A stretch of DNA of 63,275 nt, filler included, from Octopus bimaculoides (Eukaryota), in assembly GCF_001194135.2 (NCBI RefSeq). It is 4 parts of 4 records of this genome, joined end to end, with 100 filler letters (N's around TTAATTAATTAA, not from the genome) between each part and the next. Parts side by side here need not be neighbours in the genome. Positions count along the whole stretch, not along the records: positions 1 to 27,499 come from NC_069000.1; 3 more parts are not named here. One strand, given 5' to 3'. Positions within the stretch are counted from its first letter, which is position 1. Each line of letters begins with the position of its first letter. Position numbers and translations under genes: made by a program. Below are positions 13,389 through 25,774 of this stretch, in pieces. Below the pieces are notes generated by a model. That model did not search any database, was not told where the DNA came from, and saw only the letters and a list, made by a program, of their open reading frames with translations.

Positions 13389-13975
13389 TAGTAGTCTTAT
13401 TTTTATCACGTGCTTTTACTGCACTAAGGAGCGCAGCTGTGTGTGCCTTCGGTATGTGTTGTGGATTGTCTTGGTGCTCTTTTTTCACTGTATTGAAAGT
13501 GTTTTACGTAGGATGTGTGCGGTGCCTAGTAGTGCTATTTTCTGTGTGTTATATATACTTGTAAGTCCTGGTGTTTTTGTGATGTATTTGTCTGAATGTT
13601 TTTTTGTCATACCTAATGCGTCTTCTGTGATAGGAAATGTTTCTGTTTTTAGGCTCCACATTTGAGTTATCTTTATTTCCAGATCTTTGTATTTTGAAAG
13701 TTTCTCCTTTTCTTTCAGAGAAACATTGTCATCTGTTGGTATTGATGCATCAATTAGAAAGCAATTTTGTTCTGGGTTATCTCTGACAACTATATCTGGC
13801 CTATTGGCCTTAATTTCTCTATTTGTGTGTGTATTGGCAAATTCCATCGTATGGTTGCTCTCTGATGTTGTGTGACCTTTTCTGACGTGTGCCTATACCA
13901 TCTTTTATCCGTTGTTATTCCATAGTGTTGGCGTAGCTTCCAGTGTGTATAGCTCCCAACTCTGTGTTGTCTGTG
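13388..13975 (-). mobile_element. 5'-truncated R4/Dong-clade LINE, family A
   Basis: RHxRVGSYxHWKLRQHYG (CCHC remnant), KANRPDIVVRD...LIDASIP...EKLSKYKDL...LLGTAHILRKTLSIQ*. (ATT)n on both sides (13295-13387 and ~13985-14085). Confidence 0.92.
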
Positions 13976-14001
13976 ATTATATTGGTTATTATTATTATTA
14001 T

Positions 14002-14080
<79 letters not shown>

Positions 14081-14126
14081 ATTATAAATTGATTCCAAGT
14101 CTCACCCAGAGAGACAACAAGTTAGA

Positions 14127-14259
14127 ATGATAGAAAACAAGTGATAAACGTTGAAGTGATGGAGAAGTTATGCAATTATGGATACGTTCACTCGAAGATA
14201 TACAGACAGTCACACACAAACACATACCTAGAGATACACTCTCACACATGTACACATAT
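14127..14259 (+). repeat. Local direct repeat, copy 2 of 2
   Basis: Matches 11160-11303 with a few substitutions and indels. Confidence 0.85.
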
Positions 14260-14369
14260 ACGCATTAGTGCTATGACTAGGGTGCCATATACCTTATTTT
14301 GCACAGCGTATTATTCTAAAGAATGTCAGTCAAAGCATAAACAAATTAGAAGTTTGTTTTAGAAGTAAT

Positions 14370-15000
14370 TTGATTATAAGGTGATAGTCTGATGTTAAGA
14401 TGACAGTAAAAGGTGTTTGTTGTTATGTACATTTTAAAGTATTTTGATACAGTTTATGAATTACAGTATTTCGGGGACTACATAGATAATATAATACGTA
14501 GGATATGGGCAGTTCACATGAGCACTATTTTTGAATTTCTTCATTTTTGGATTTCCTGTTATCTGAGCTATGTAGCAACCAGTCCCTTTCACTGTCATTC
14601 CTAGGTCACCTATGTTATCAGGTATTCTTTTAGTCTTGAGATTCCTCACTTTGATAATTTCTATTTCAAGATATTCATACTTGCTCAGTTTTTGATAGGT
14701 CTTGACAGATACATTTCTTTCGATTGGGACAGTCATATCGATGAGGTGGCATGATTTTTGTTTGAAAATCTTCAATATAATGTCTGGTCTATTTGCATCT
14801 ATCTTTCCGTGAGTTTGAACGGTGAAGTTCCAAAGGAGTAAGATGTGATCATTTTCAAGCTCTGGAGGTGGTTTGTGTTCCCACCAGTTTTGATCATGTG
14901 GAAGGTTCAAGTCTTTGCAATTACGCAGTGAATATACTGTACTGCTCTAACATTCCTGTTGAGATACTCTGTTGGCACAAGAAGACTTCAGATGGAGATA
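14370..15000 (-). mobile_element. R4/Dong-like RLE LINE 3' fragment, family B
   Basis: NWWEHKPPPELENDHILLLWNFTVQTHGKIDANRPDIILK...LIDMTVP...QKLSKYEYL. Confidence 0.85.
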
Positions 15001-15007
15001 ACATGGT

Positions 15008-15238
15008 CTGTATGTTATATATACTTGTACATTCTGGTGTTTTTGTTATGTATTTGTCTGACTAATTTTTTATCATACCTAATGCGCCTACTACTATAGG
15101 AAATGTTTATGGTTTTAGACTCCACATTCGAGTTACCTCTATTTCCTGAACTTTGCATTTTTAAAGTTTCTCCGTTTCTTTTAGAGAAACATTATCATTT
15201 GTTGGTATTGATACATCGATTAGTAAGCATTTTTTTAA
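15008..15238 (-). mobile_element. R4/Dong family A internal fragment
   Basis: DNA is colinear with 13540-13770. Confidence 0.8.
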
Positions 15239-15239
15239 T

Positions 15240-16338
15240 TATTGGACGGCGAGCGTGTGCAGGCTCCGTTTGTAAGGCTCGTCTTTCCGCAGCTCGTCTC
15301 CTTGACGGACCTGTAAGTCCTGGGAGAAGAAAAGACCAAAACTGGGCGCCTGGTACCTAGAATGTCATGAGGTGCTCATAACCCTCTACCAGGTGGGCAA
15401 GAGGATCGATGGATGTTCCTATCTAGAAATTTATAGAGGATTAGTGGCGGGGAATTGAGACGACGTTCTTGAGAAGACACTGGGCGCCGACGGGAATGAA
15501 TTTGCAAGTCTGTTCCGGAGGACTTTCTGGTCGGGAACAACCGTGGATAATTTCCAGATGCACTTGACCAGGTAGTGCTACCGGGGACCGCTACTGGTTT
15601 GAGATAGGCTCTACAGGCCTGGATGTGCTGTCAAACGGACTTTTCCGAGGTGCGCGGAGTGATAAAACCGTTCTGCACGCCATCGTTCAGTGTCCAAGCA
15701 TTGCTGGCTTGTGGGGTTATGTGGAACAGCTGCTGTCGCGTGTGGTACGGATCAGTCTGTCGGCCGAGTCTGTAGTGATGACTGCGCAGTTTCCATCCTT
15801 CAATCGGGCAGGGAAGGCAGCTTTGATTTGCCTGGCGGATGTGACAAAAGAAGTTGTTTGGTGGACAAAACTGAAAGGCATGAGGACAGATACATTCCTC
15901 TTTGGTAGAGCTCTCATTGCCTTTTTCAAGTTTCACTTGAAAAGGTAATTGAGAGTAGAGAGGGAAGTGCTGTCCTCGAGGGAGTTTATTAAAAGGTGGG
16001 TGAAATTTGCGAAAATGGCAAGACTGGGTGGTACCTCTCTAAGTGTAGAAGGAAATGGAGTGGGCACTTGCTCCTAGCGTTTCAGGGAAGTCTTGGACAG
16101 TGGGTTTCCTCGACTATCCCTAGAGATGTTCATGTATCAGGAGTGCCACATCCCTATCATCTCCTCCTTTTTCTTTTTCCTTTTTCTACCTTTTTATGCT
16201 ATGCATATGTCCATTATTTTCCCGCGTATACTTTAATTTTTTCTTATCATTATCATATCATTATTATATGTAACCCCCACACTTTATGTCTGTCGCAGTA
16301 TTGTCCCCCTTATCTTTCACCCTTGTGGCAAATAAATG
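15240..16338 (+). mobile_element. Tx1/L1-clade ORF2 C-terminus (zf-RVT-like) plus 3' UTR
   Basis: CPRC-like segment followed by KTVLHAIVQCPSIAGLWGYVEQLL...KEVVWWTKLKG...FFKFHLKR. The pyrimidine-rich UTR ends cccttgtggcaaataaat. Confidence 0.85.
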
Positions 16339-16339
16339 A

Positions 16340-16372
16340 AAGCATCATCATCATCATCATCATCATCATCAG

Positions 16373-16447
<75 letters not shown>

Positions 16448-16458
16448 CATTATTATCA

Positions 16459-16495
<37 letters not shown>

Positions 16496-16516
16496 CATTG
16501 TTGTTGTTGCTGTTGC

Positions 16517-16560
<44 letters not shown>
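16340..16560. repeat. Compound (CAT)n(TAT)n(GTT)n microsatellite
   Basis: Directly visible. Confidence 0.95.
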
Positions 16561-16564
<4 letters not shown>

Positions 16565-17454
16565 GGTTTGGCTCAGTGGGTTTCTACCTGTAACCTGAGG
16601 TATCCACAGGTTTTCAGTTGTCTTTCAAATGCTTATAATCAAATGCTGATAATCCTTGCCCTAATAGAAAAGCTTTCTGTAAGAGTTCTACCTGACATTC
16701 TATTCCAAACATTTGTCTATATTTTTGCTTACTGTTCCCAACACACCAATTATTATAGGCCGATCATTACTGTTCTCATGCTCCAGTATTTATTCTAAGC
16801 CTAGTATTTATTCTATCGGTTTCTTTTCAAAACTGCTACGTTGCGGGGATGTAAACACACCAACACCGGTTGTCAGTTACTGAAACAATGACACACAGGC
16901 ACTAGCACACAGTTTATCCAAACCTAAATTATTACTGAATGCCAAATATACTTCCCTTTCTACAGTGTGATTTGACTAAAATTTGGTTAATATTTCTAGC
17001 ATGTTGAGCGTCCACATAAAGGCTCACTTCTTTTGTCTTTATTTAGCCTCGTACTCCGGCTGTAAACTACTGGGATTGAAAAGAACAGAAGCACACGTAC
17101 ACACTGGCTTAAAGGCACATACACTCATAGTCATACACTTAAACACTCACACTCACCCTCACACAGTGGTCACACACATATTCCCGCACATAACATCACT
17201 CCTACATACATACATACATACATACATACATGCATACATACACGTGTAGAGAATACTGGGACTGCAATATAAGACCTAATTGAATTATTGAAAAATACCA
17301 AAATAACTTATTGAATAATGGAATGTGATGATGGATCGGAGGAAAAAAAATATATTTCACTGTTAAACAAAATAAAACAGTAGAAAAACCAAATTGTTAT
17401 TCAGAAAATGTGAGAGCAGAAGAAAGCAGAAAATAGAATTTATATAAAAAAAAT

Positions 17455-17627
17455 ACTCTATCTCTCTCTCTCTCTCTCTTTCTCGCACCCACCCACACGC
17501 AGACACACAAACACAAAACAAGCACACAGATACATATACACACACCAGCCACTTATGCATGGACTTCGGGAAACTAAAATTACAAAGTAAAATATACATT
17601 CAGACGTACACAAACACACGCACACAC

Positions 17628-17665
<38 letters not shown>

Positions 17666-17789
17666 GCATATATGTATGTGCATGTATGTATGTATGTATG
17701 TATGTATGTATGTATATATATATACATATATACATACATATATATACATATATATATATAAACACACATACATATAAATACATATATTT

Positions 17790-17845
<56 letters not shown>

Positions 17846-17880
17846 GCATATATAAAAAATATATATATATATATATATAC
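17455..17880. repeat. Compound (CT)n/(CA)n/(TATG)n/(TA)n microsatellite block
   Basis: Directly visible. Confidence 0.9.
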
Positions 17881-18519
17881 ACACTATGGGAGTGAGTGGG
17901 GAGTGACAGAGAGAGAGAAACAGATACAGAGTTCGGGGAAAAAATGTATTGCGAAAGAAGGACAACGAAAATATAAGGTGTTAAAATGGATGCGATGAAG
18001 CATATAATAGGAGAATGGTAAAACCTAATAAATAGAGAGAAAATATGGTCGAACTGAAAGATTGGGTGAAAAGAATACGGAGATAATGAGATAAATAAGA
18101 AAGGAGAATATATATAAAAACGTTCAGCACAAATAGACTATAGGATGAAAAAAAAATAAACAACAAAACAAAAAGCGCAGCCAAAGAAAATAATTAGATG
18201 CGGTAAATAAGTTCGTTTTATTTCTTTTCATGGGATTATTTCCGATTTTCAGCAGGATTCTATGATTGTTTACTAGTTTAGTCATGCCTTTAATACACAA
18301 GCTTTGCACCAATATTTTCCGTTAACTGCTTGTAACTTGACCACTGGTTATTTTCTTATGCACGAACGTGATTGTGATTCGAGTTGATTTTGACTGGACT
18401 GCGAAAATTTTCCCGATTTGAAACCAATATATTTAAATTTAATAATTCTTCTCGATATAGGGTAAAGCCAAGAATTTTTCGGAAATGAGGATTACTCAAT
18501 AACATTGACACCAATATTT

Positions 18520-18655
18520 TACTAGCATGCATTATATCGACCCTGAAAGGGTGAGAGATAAAATTTACCACGGGAGGATTTGAACTCAGAACGTAACCCC
18601 CGCCCTAAAAACTGTAAGGATTTATTCTGACATCCAAACTATTCTACCAGCTGAC
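18520..18655 (-). mobile_element. SINE family 2, decayed
   Basis: ggatttgaactcagaacgta is the reverse complement of the family-2 B-box region. Confidence 0.65.
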
Positions 18656-18798
18656 ACAAGCAATATAGAATTAACATTATCATTGATGACAGTGCTGAGC
18701 TCATATGAGGTGGGATTGGTATATCTGGCTTGCGTGGAACTGAGTAAGCTTGGAGTAAATTTGTTACTAAAATATCTAAATATTATTACTCCTCAGCA

Positions 18799-19435
18799 AC
18801 GCGGCAAGCTGGCCGAAACGTTAGCACGCCGGGTGAAATGCTTAGCAGTATTTCGTCCGCCGCTACGTTCTGAGTTCAAATTCCGCCGAGGTCGACTTTG
18901 CCTTTCATCCTTTCGGGGTCGATTAAATAAGTACCAGTTACACACTGGGGTCGATGTAATCGACTTAATCACTTTGTCTGTCCTTGTTTGCCCCCACCCC
19001 ATGTTTAGCCCCTTGTGGCCAATAAAAAAAAAGAAACATTAGCATACCGGCCAAAATGCATAGCAGCATTTCGTCCATTTTCACGTTCAAGTTCTGACGA
19101 AGTTGAGTTTGCCTTCCATCCCTTCGGGGTCGATAAAGTACGAAGCAGTTGATTGTTGGAGCCGAAGTAATCGAGTTTCACTACGCCGAATTTGCTGGCC
19201 TCGTGCCAAAATTTGAAACCAATATCATCCCTCAGCTGGTAGAATGATTAGCACGCCGGGTAAAATGCTTGACAGCATCATTTCGTCTTTACGTCCTGAT
19301 TTCGAGTTCTGCCTCGGTCGATTTGCCTTTCAGACCCTTGGGATAAAAAAAAATACGTACCTAATTGAACTCTGGAATCGATGTAATCGACTTAGCTTCT
19401 TCCCCGAATTACTTACTCTGTGCTAGAATTTGTTA
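18799..19435 (+). mobile_element. Three head-to-tail SINE family 2 copies
   Basis: gctggc.gaa.cgttagcacgccggg.gaaatgcttag head recurs at ~18806, ~19035 (partial) and ~19235. The first copy is least diverged. Confidence 0.88.
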
Positions 19436-21269
19436 TCTCTCAGCACTACGACCACAACAGCCACTACCCACCACAACAATCACAACGTGAAAGTGTGAAT
19501 GGTCGCTTTGAGGAAACTTTATGAAGATGTCTTGAGCGTTTCCCTAGCTATACAGATTGTAATTTGTGAAAGAAACCCACTGCCAGGATGAGAACAATGC
19601 CCTGCCTCAGCGAGAAGGCTACAAATAATGCTGAAAGTCCACAGAATCTCTTTGTAAGACAGACAGTTGTTTGGTGTATATTTTAAACATGGACTGTCTA
19701 AGGCTACATTACCTAATGGGTTCTTCTCTTTCTTGGTTTGTATTATAGGAAACGGAAGCCTACTTAAATTTGAGGCAAACTTGTGAAAAGTAGAATTGGT
19801 CATTCAGATTACATGAGTGCACCGCAATTCTGGCTTGTATTTGTTGTTATTGCCTTAATACCTAGATTAATCCAAGAGTAAGATCCAAGCATTAACCATC
19901 CCATTTTCATATCAGACATTCTATATCTAGAAGTATCTAAGAATACGCTGGCACTCATCCATGACTTTGTTACTGATAATTTCATTTTTCATTTAGCTCC
20001 AGTTTGGGCGCAGATTCGACAAAACTCTGAACAAAGCATCCCAGATGTGATTATCTAGTCTTTTGATTGATAAATAGCGTATCTAGAACTATATTATCTC
20101 ATTTTCTTTTCTCCGCATTAAGTCAGGGTATGACATGAAAGAAATGGAGGTGATATCTCTCGCACATTATACAAGCCTCTAGAGATTTACGCATTGCATC
20201 TTATGATTGTTGATGTAGTTGTTTATGATAATTTGGATAATATAGTTCTAGATACAGACTGCCTGAATAAGCAAGACAAGAGAAGAAGGTCACGACCAGA
20301 GCGACTTACCACATTGACTCACCTTATTTAAGTTCTGTTGAAATCTCTGATATATCTGTAGCAAACAAACAACAACGGGAATATACAGAGATCGTTCTTG
20401 CCAATGCTTTGTGAAGTAGACATTAAGGAGCATTTCTGATATAAAACATCTTAGGTGTGATAACTGTCATTCAAGGGAGATAACGCTTTTGCATAGCATT
20501 TAATAATTTCGTTTAAAGTTATTTCATCTGAATGCACAACCAAGTTCTCTGATATCAGGACAAGGCAACATATTTTGCGAAAAGGATCCGGCGATTAAAT
20601 TGGTCCCAGTTCTTGAATGATGTACAGCATTTGATCAACTGTTTCATAACCTTGAGAGAAAATTTGTCGACGTCAGAGAGATCTGAACCTAACATCAATT
20701 GTTTCAATGATTATGATGGTCATGAATCCTTTTTTTTTTATTGCTTAGTCACTTGAAATTGCGGGGCTCATGAGCCCTTTCAGTCCTTCCAGACTGGTGG
20801 TAGGGAAGCAGGAATGTAGATAACCTGGGTCGAATGCTTGTAGTAGAATGGTCTCGGTTTAACACCGTCCTCTCCTAGGAGATGATGACGGAATTAAACC
20901 TAGTCTACCGTTCGTGTAGTTCAAGGCGGGATTCGATCTGAGAAGGTTAAGAATAGGAATAAATACTGCACAAAATCTGCTCCTCCGAGTCTGTCAGCCG
21001 ACCACTCTAGACACACATCATAATTAGTAACCACAGAAGGACGATACATAAAGTTTACCACCAAAGTACTGCCGCTGGATATCACCACGAAGCGATCTGA
21101 AATCAGGCTGCAAAGTGCCGTGATAAATACTGCAAAGCATTTCGTCAGACGCTAACACTTCTCCCAGTTTGGAGGATGATAATGCGGTTGAAAATGATAA
21201 CGTTAATGATGATGAGGTTGGGTATTATAAAGGCAACTATATCGATGTTAAAGGTAACATCGATCCAGA

Positions 21270-21602
21270 ATAACAGTTATGACTGTGGTGATTGTGATGG
21301 GGGTTGATGGAGAGGAGGGTGAGACAGGTGAAGATGACAACGAGGACGATAACAACGACAACAAATACATTGATGGTGGTGATGGTGATGGTCACGATGA
21401 TGATGATGGTCACGATGATGATGATGAGGAGGAGGAGGAGGAGGCGGAGGAGGAGGCGGAGGAGGAGGAAGAGGAGGACGGGATTTTAATGATTGAGCTG
21501 CTGCTGCTATGGTGATGGTCATGGTAGTAGTGGTGGCATTGTTGTTAGAGGGTGATGATGATGATGATGACGACGACAACAACAACAACAGCAATAATAA
21601 TG

Positions 21603-21663
<61 letters not shown>

Positions 21664-21680
21664 TGATGATGAGGATAATA
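21270..21680. repeat. Compound trinucleotide block (GAT/GAG/GGT/AAC/AAT)
   Basis: Directly visible. It produces the acidic and poly-Arg pseudo-ORFs in the track. Confidence 0.9.
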
Positions 21681-22538
21681 GCGATCACATTGATTCAGAT
21701 CTCAAGACTCAAAAATTCTTACAAAACCCAGCGAATCCAAGTATTTCTGTTCAATTTGACATCAACTTGACATTGGAAATGTCAAATAGTGAAAGTTTTT
21801 GTTGCTCTTGTTATCATTCCACCATTCCTTTATCTTAATTTTGGTGCTGCCGTTGATTTCGTTGTTGTTGTAATTGCTGCTGTTATTGCTGTTGTTGTTG
21901 TTGTCGTCGGTCGTGGTGGTGGTGGTGGTGGTGGTGGTGGTGTTGATCTTCGTTCTAACTGCTCCGCGTGGTATTCGTGTCTTAATCTTTGGTTTTCGTT
22001 AATTTGTTCCTTCAGTTGCATCAAATTCATTCTGTCCTTCAATTGTCTTCATTTGAATTTCAAAAATGCGCGAACAATTTCGAAAGTGAAATAAAGGAAT
22101 AAATAAATACATAAATAAATGAATAAATAAATAAAAAAATAAACAACTAAATATATAAATACATGAATATTGTAAAAGATTTTGTGAAAACCAAATCGAA
22201 AATATAATATAATTTATTATTAATATTTATATAATCTAACACCACCACTACCACTACCACTACCAATAATAATAATTATTATACAGCTGATGATAATGAT
22301 GGTGATGATGGTGGTGGTGGTGACGATGTTGATATGTTTTGTTTGTTTGTTTGTTTTTTCTGGTGTGTTTCAGTTGTTTTAAATGAATTAAGTTATACAT
22401 GGTAAAATTTCAACTAACACGAATTGAATTGGTTTGTTAGTTTTTCATTATTTTTCTCGGCTATTCAGTTAACATCTGCTACTTGTTAAGGATTCAATCT
22501 TGAAATATCAAGAACTTCAATGATATTCCATTTGCTAC

Positions 22539-22637
<99 letters not shown>

Positions 22638-22861
22638 TATCGTTATTATTATCATTGTTGTTGATGATGGTGTTCTTGCTGTTGTTGTGTTTGCTGTTGT
22701 TAATAAGAACGTGGAAGCATTTTGCTGTGGTAAAAATTGTATCGTACAAGGCTTGTCAAAAGGTTTTCTCTATGAACTTTTTGCATTCTGATTTCCTCAA
22801 ATTCTACCACGATAGATTTCGTTTTCATGCTCATATTTATATTTTTCTTATATTTCTACAT

Positions 22862-23415
22862 TTCTGCGTGGCACTTTGTACAAGTGTCTTCTACATCGGG
22901 CCGTCCAAAGACTTGTGAGTGGATTTGGTAGACGGAAACTGAAAGAAGCCCGTCGTATATTTGTATATGTATATATATATGTGTGTGTTTGTGTGTCTGT
23001 GTTTGTCCNNNNNNNNNNNNNNNNNNNNNNNNNNNNNNNNNNNNNNNNNNNNNNNNNNNNNNNNNNNNNNNNNNNNNNNNNNNNNNNNNNNNNNNNNNNN
23101 NNNNNNNNNNNNNNNNNNNNNNNNNNNNNNNNNNNNNNNNNNNNNNNNNNNNNNNNNNNNNNNNNNNNNNNNNNNNNNNNNNNNNNNNNNNNNNNNNNNN
23201 NNNNNNNNNNNNNNNNNNNNNNNNNNNNNNNNNNNNNNNNNNNNNNNNNNNNNNNNNNNNNNNNNNNNNNNNNNNNNNNNNNNNNNNNNNNNNNNNNNNN
23301 NNNNNNNNNNNNNNNNNNNNNNNNNNTACAAAGAATAAGTCCTGGGGTCGATTTGCTCGAGTAAAGGCGGTGCTCCAGCATGGCCGCAGTCAAATAACTG
23401 AAACAAGTAAAAAAA
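22862..23415 (+). mobile_element. SINE family 1 spanning an N gap
   Basis: 5' block ctgcgtggcac...gtagacggaaactgaaagaagcccgtcg before the gap, and tail ggcggtgctccagcatggccgcagtcaaat after it. Confidence 0.85.
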
Positions 23416-24290
23416 AAAAAGAGTATTAAAATAAAAAGACTCAGTCTACTGTGATTGATTTAGTCCATTGGACACATTTCCCCTGGAATTTGTTGCTTAG
23501 TACTTACTTTAGAATGTACTATGAAAAAGCCTTTGCTTGGTAATTCTACCTGCTGAAAATAGCAGCCAAACCTGCTTCAAAATCTTCAAAACCTTACTGT
23601 TTTAGATAATAAACGAGCCAATTGACATTGGAACACCAGATATTTCAGGCCCGAGTAAAACAAAGGAGCCGGTCACCGCTATAAAGGTGTTCGTAACAGA
23701 TGTGCTAGAACAGAGCTGACGTGAGACGAAGTAACATTGAAATGATAATGAGGAGGAGGAGGAAGTGAAGTATGAAGAGCCTGCGATTTTCGTCGTTGTC
23801 CTCACTGACAGCATCGACATCGTCATCGTCATCGCTCTTGTTGTTGTCGACGTCGATATTATCATCGGCATAAAGTCACATAAGTGACTCAAGGGCTGAC
23901 AGTTTTGTGTACCATAACTACCAACATTCTTATGTATGCGCATGTTTATATAGATGCATATACACACAAACATATATATAGCGTTCATTATTTTCCTCTC
24001 GTTCTGGTCGAACGACCCTCCATGTTTGTTTCTGTTCGGTTTCTTTTTATGTTCCCACTGTCCTGCTTTTGTTACCAGCTTTCACCCCTCTGTAAATCCA
24101 ACATTTTATTTTAGAATTTAAGGTAGCAACTGTCTTCGAAGACTCGAAATGATGAGTAGTTAGACAGCTGACAACTGATGAAGGGTCTTTCTGTGTGTTA
24201 CTTTTCCTGTTTTCCATTTTTTCTCTCGTTCTTTGAGTATTTAACTCATTTATTTTCGTATTTCATGTTGTTTCCACAGTTGGTAACGTC

Positions 24291-24349
<59 letters not shown>

Positions 24350-24839
24350 NNNNNNNNNNNNNNNNNNNNNNNNNNNNNNNNNNNNNNNNNNNNNNNNNNN
24401 NNNNNNNNNNNNNNNNNNNNNNNNNNNNNNNNNNNNNNNNNNNNNNNNNNNNNNNNNNNNNNNNNNNNNNNNNNNNNNNNNNNNNNNNNNNNNNNNNNNN
24501 NNNNNNNNNNNNNNNNNNNNNNNNNNNNNNNNNNNNNNNNNNNNNNNNNNNNNNNNNNNNNNNNNNNNNNNNNNNNNNNNNNNNNNNNNNNNNNNNNNNN
24601 NNNNNNNNNNNNNNNNNNNNNNNNNNNNNNNNNNNNNNNNNNNNNNNNNNNNNNNNNNNNNNNNNNNNNNNNNNNNNNNNNNNNNNNNNNNNNNNNNNNN
24701 NNNNNNNTATATATATGTATGTATATGTCTGTGTGTGTATAAATATATATATATATTATTTGCATTATACATATATTTGTATATATATATGTTTCTATGT
24801 ATATATGTATATATAAATAAATGCGTATATATATATATA

Positions 24840-24887
<48 letters not shown>

Positions 24888-24930
24888 CATACATACATAC
24901 AGACATACATACATACATACATACATACAT

Positions 24931-25361
24931 GCATCATGTAAACATGACAGGCTGGATATTGTTGTTTGGGACGAGGGCAAATGTATATAATGTCATGGAG
25001 GTCAGCTGCCCTGCTGATATAAACATCCCTTTGAAAATCAAAGAAAAAGAGAATATCTATGAACAACTGCTTCGAAACTTCCAGCTTGTATATCCAGACT
25101 ATGAATTCATATTCATAAAAAAAATAATTGGAGCACTAAGTTTTCTTAGTAAATGCTTAAAGGAAAATCTGGATAAACTGGAATTTTCAGAAAGAGAAAT
25201 CGACCGGCTAATTCGTACATTACAAGTGCAATCTTTGAGTGGAACAATAAAACCATACAAGACTTGTCTCAAGTTCCAAATGTGAATTTGTCTGTGTTAG
25301 CTACATCCCAAAGATAGAGCCTTGTATCTTTGTTGGAAATCGGCTCCCTCGTCAGTGAAAG
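24931..25361 (+). mobile_element. RLE-type LINE 3' end, family D, flanked by (TACA)n
   Basis: RLDIVVWD...MEVSCPADINIPLKIKEKENIYEQL...IIGAL...KTCLKFQM* (stop 25283-25285). The short UTR is followed by (ACAT)n. Confidence 0.8.
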
Positions 25362-25645
25362 ATATATACATATATACTTACATGCATATATACATACATA
25401 TATACATACATATATACATACATACATGCATGCAAGCATTCATACATACATACATACATGCATGCATGCATGCATGCATACATACATACATACATACATA
25501 CATACATACATTCCCGAGTCCGGCGCTATAGCAGAGTTTATGTTATCACATTTAACCCTTTAGTTACATACGTTTCGACACTACATGGTTACACATTTTG
25601 TGAAGAAAAATATAAATGCTCTACATTTGTATGTAACCCTTTGTG

Positions 25646-25774
25646 AATCTCTGAAGAGGCCTAGAGATTCGGGCATGTAACCCTATTTCAAAATGTCATC
25701 CGATAATCACTCCGGAAAGGAATATTCGGATAGAATGGGGCCTGCCAAAACTAGGCCGAAACAGCTGTAAGATT
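25646..25774 (+). ncRNA. Type I hammerhead ribozyme motif (Penelope/retrozyme-like)
   Basis: Stem I aatct/agatt; core CTGAAGA 25651-25657; stem II GGCCTAG/CTAGGCC; GAAAC 25758-25762; palindromic AGCT; cleavage triplet GTA 25767-25769. Confidence 0.75.

Noticed and set aside
21279-21515. Acidic D/E-rich ORF resembling a nucleolar or chaperone protein
   Set aside because: Built entirely from GAT/GAG trinucleotide runs, with no splice or domain support.
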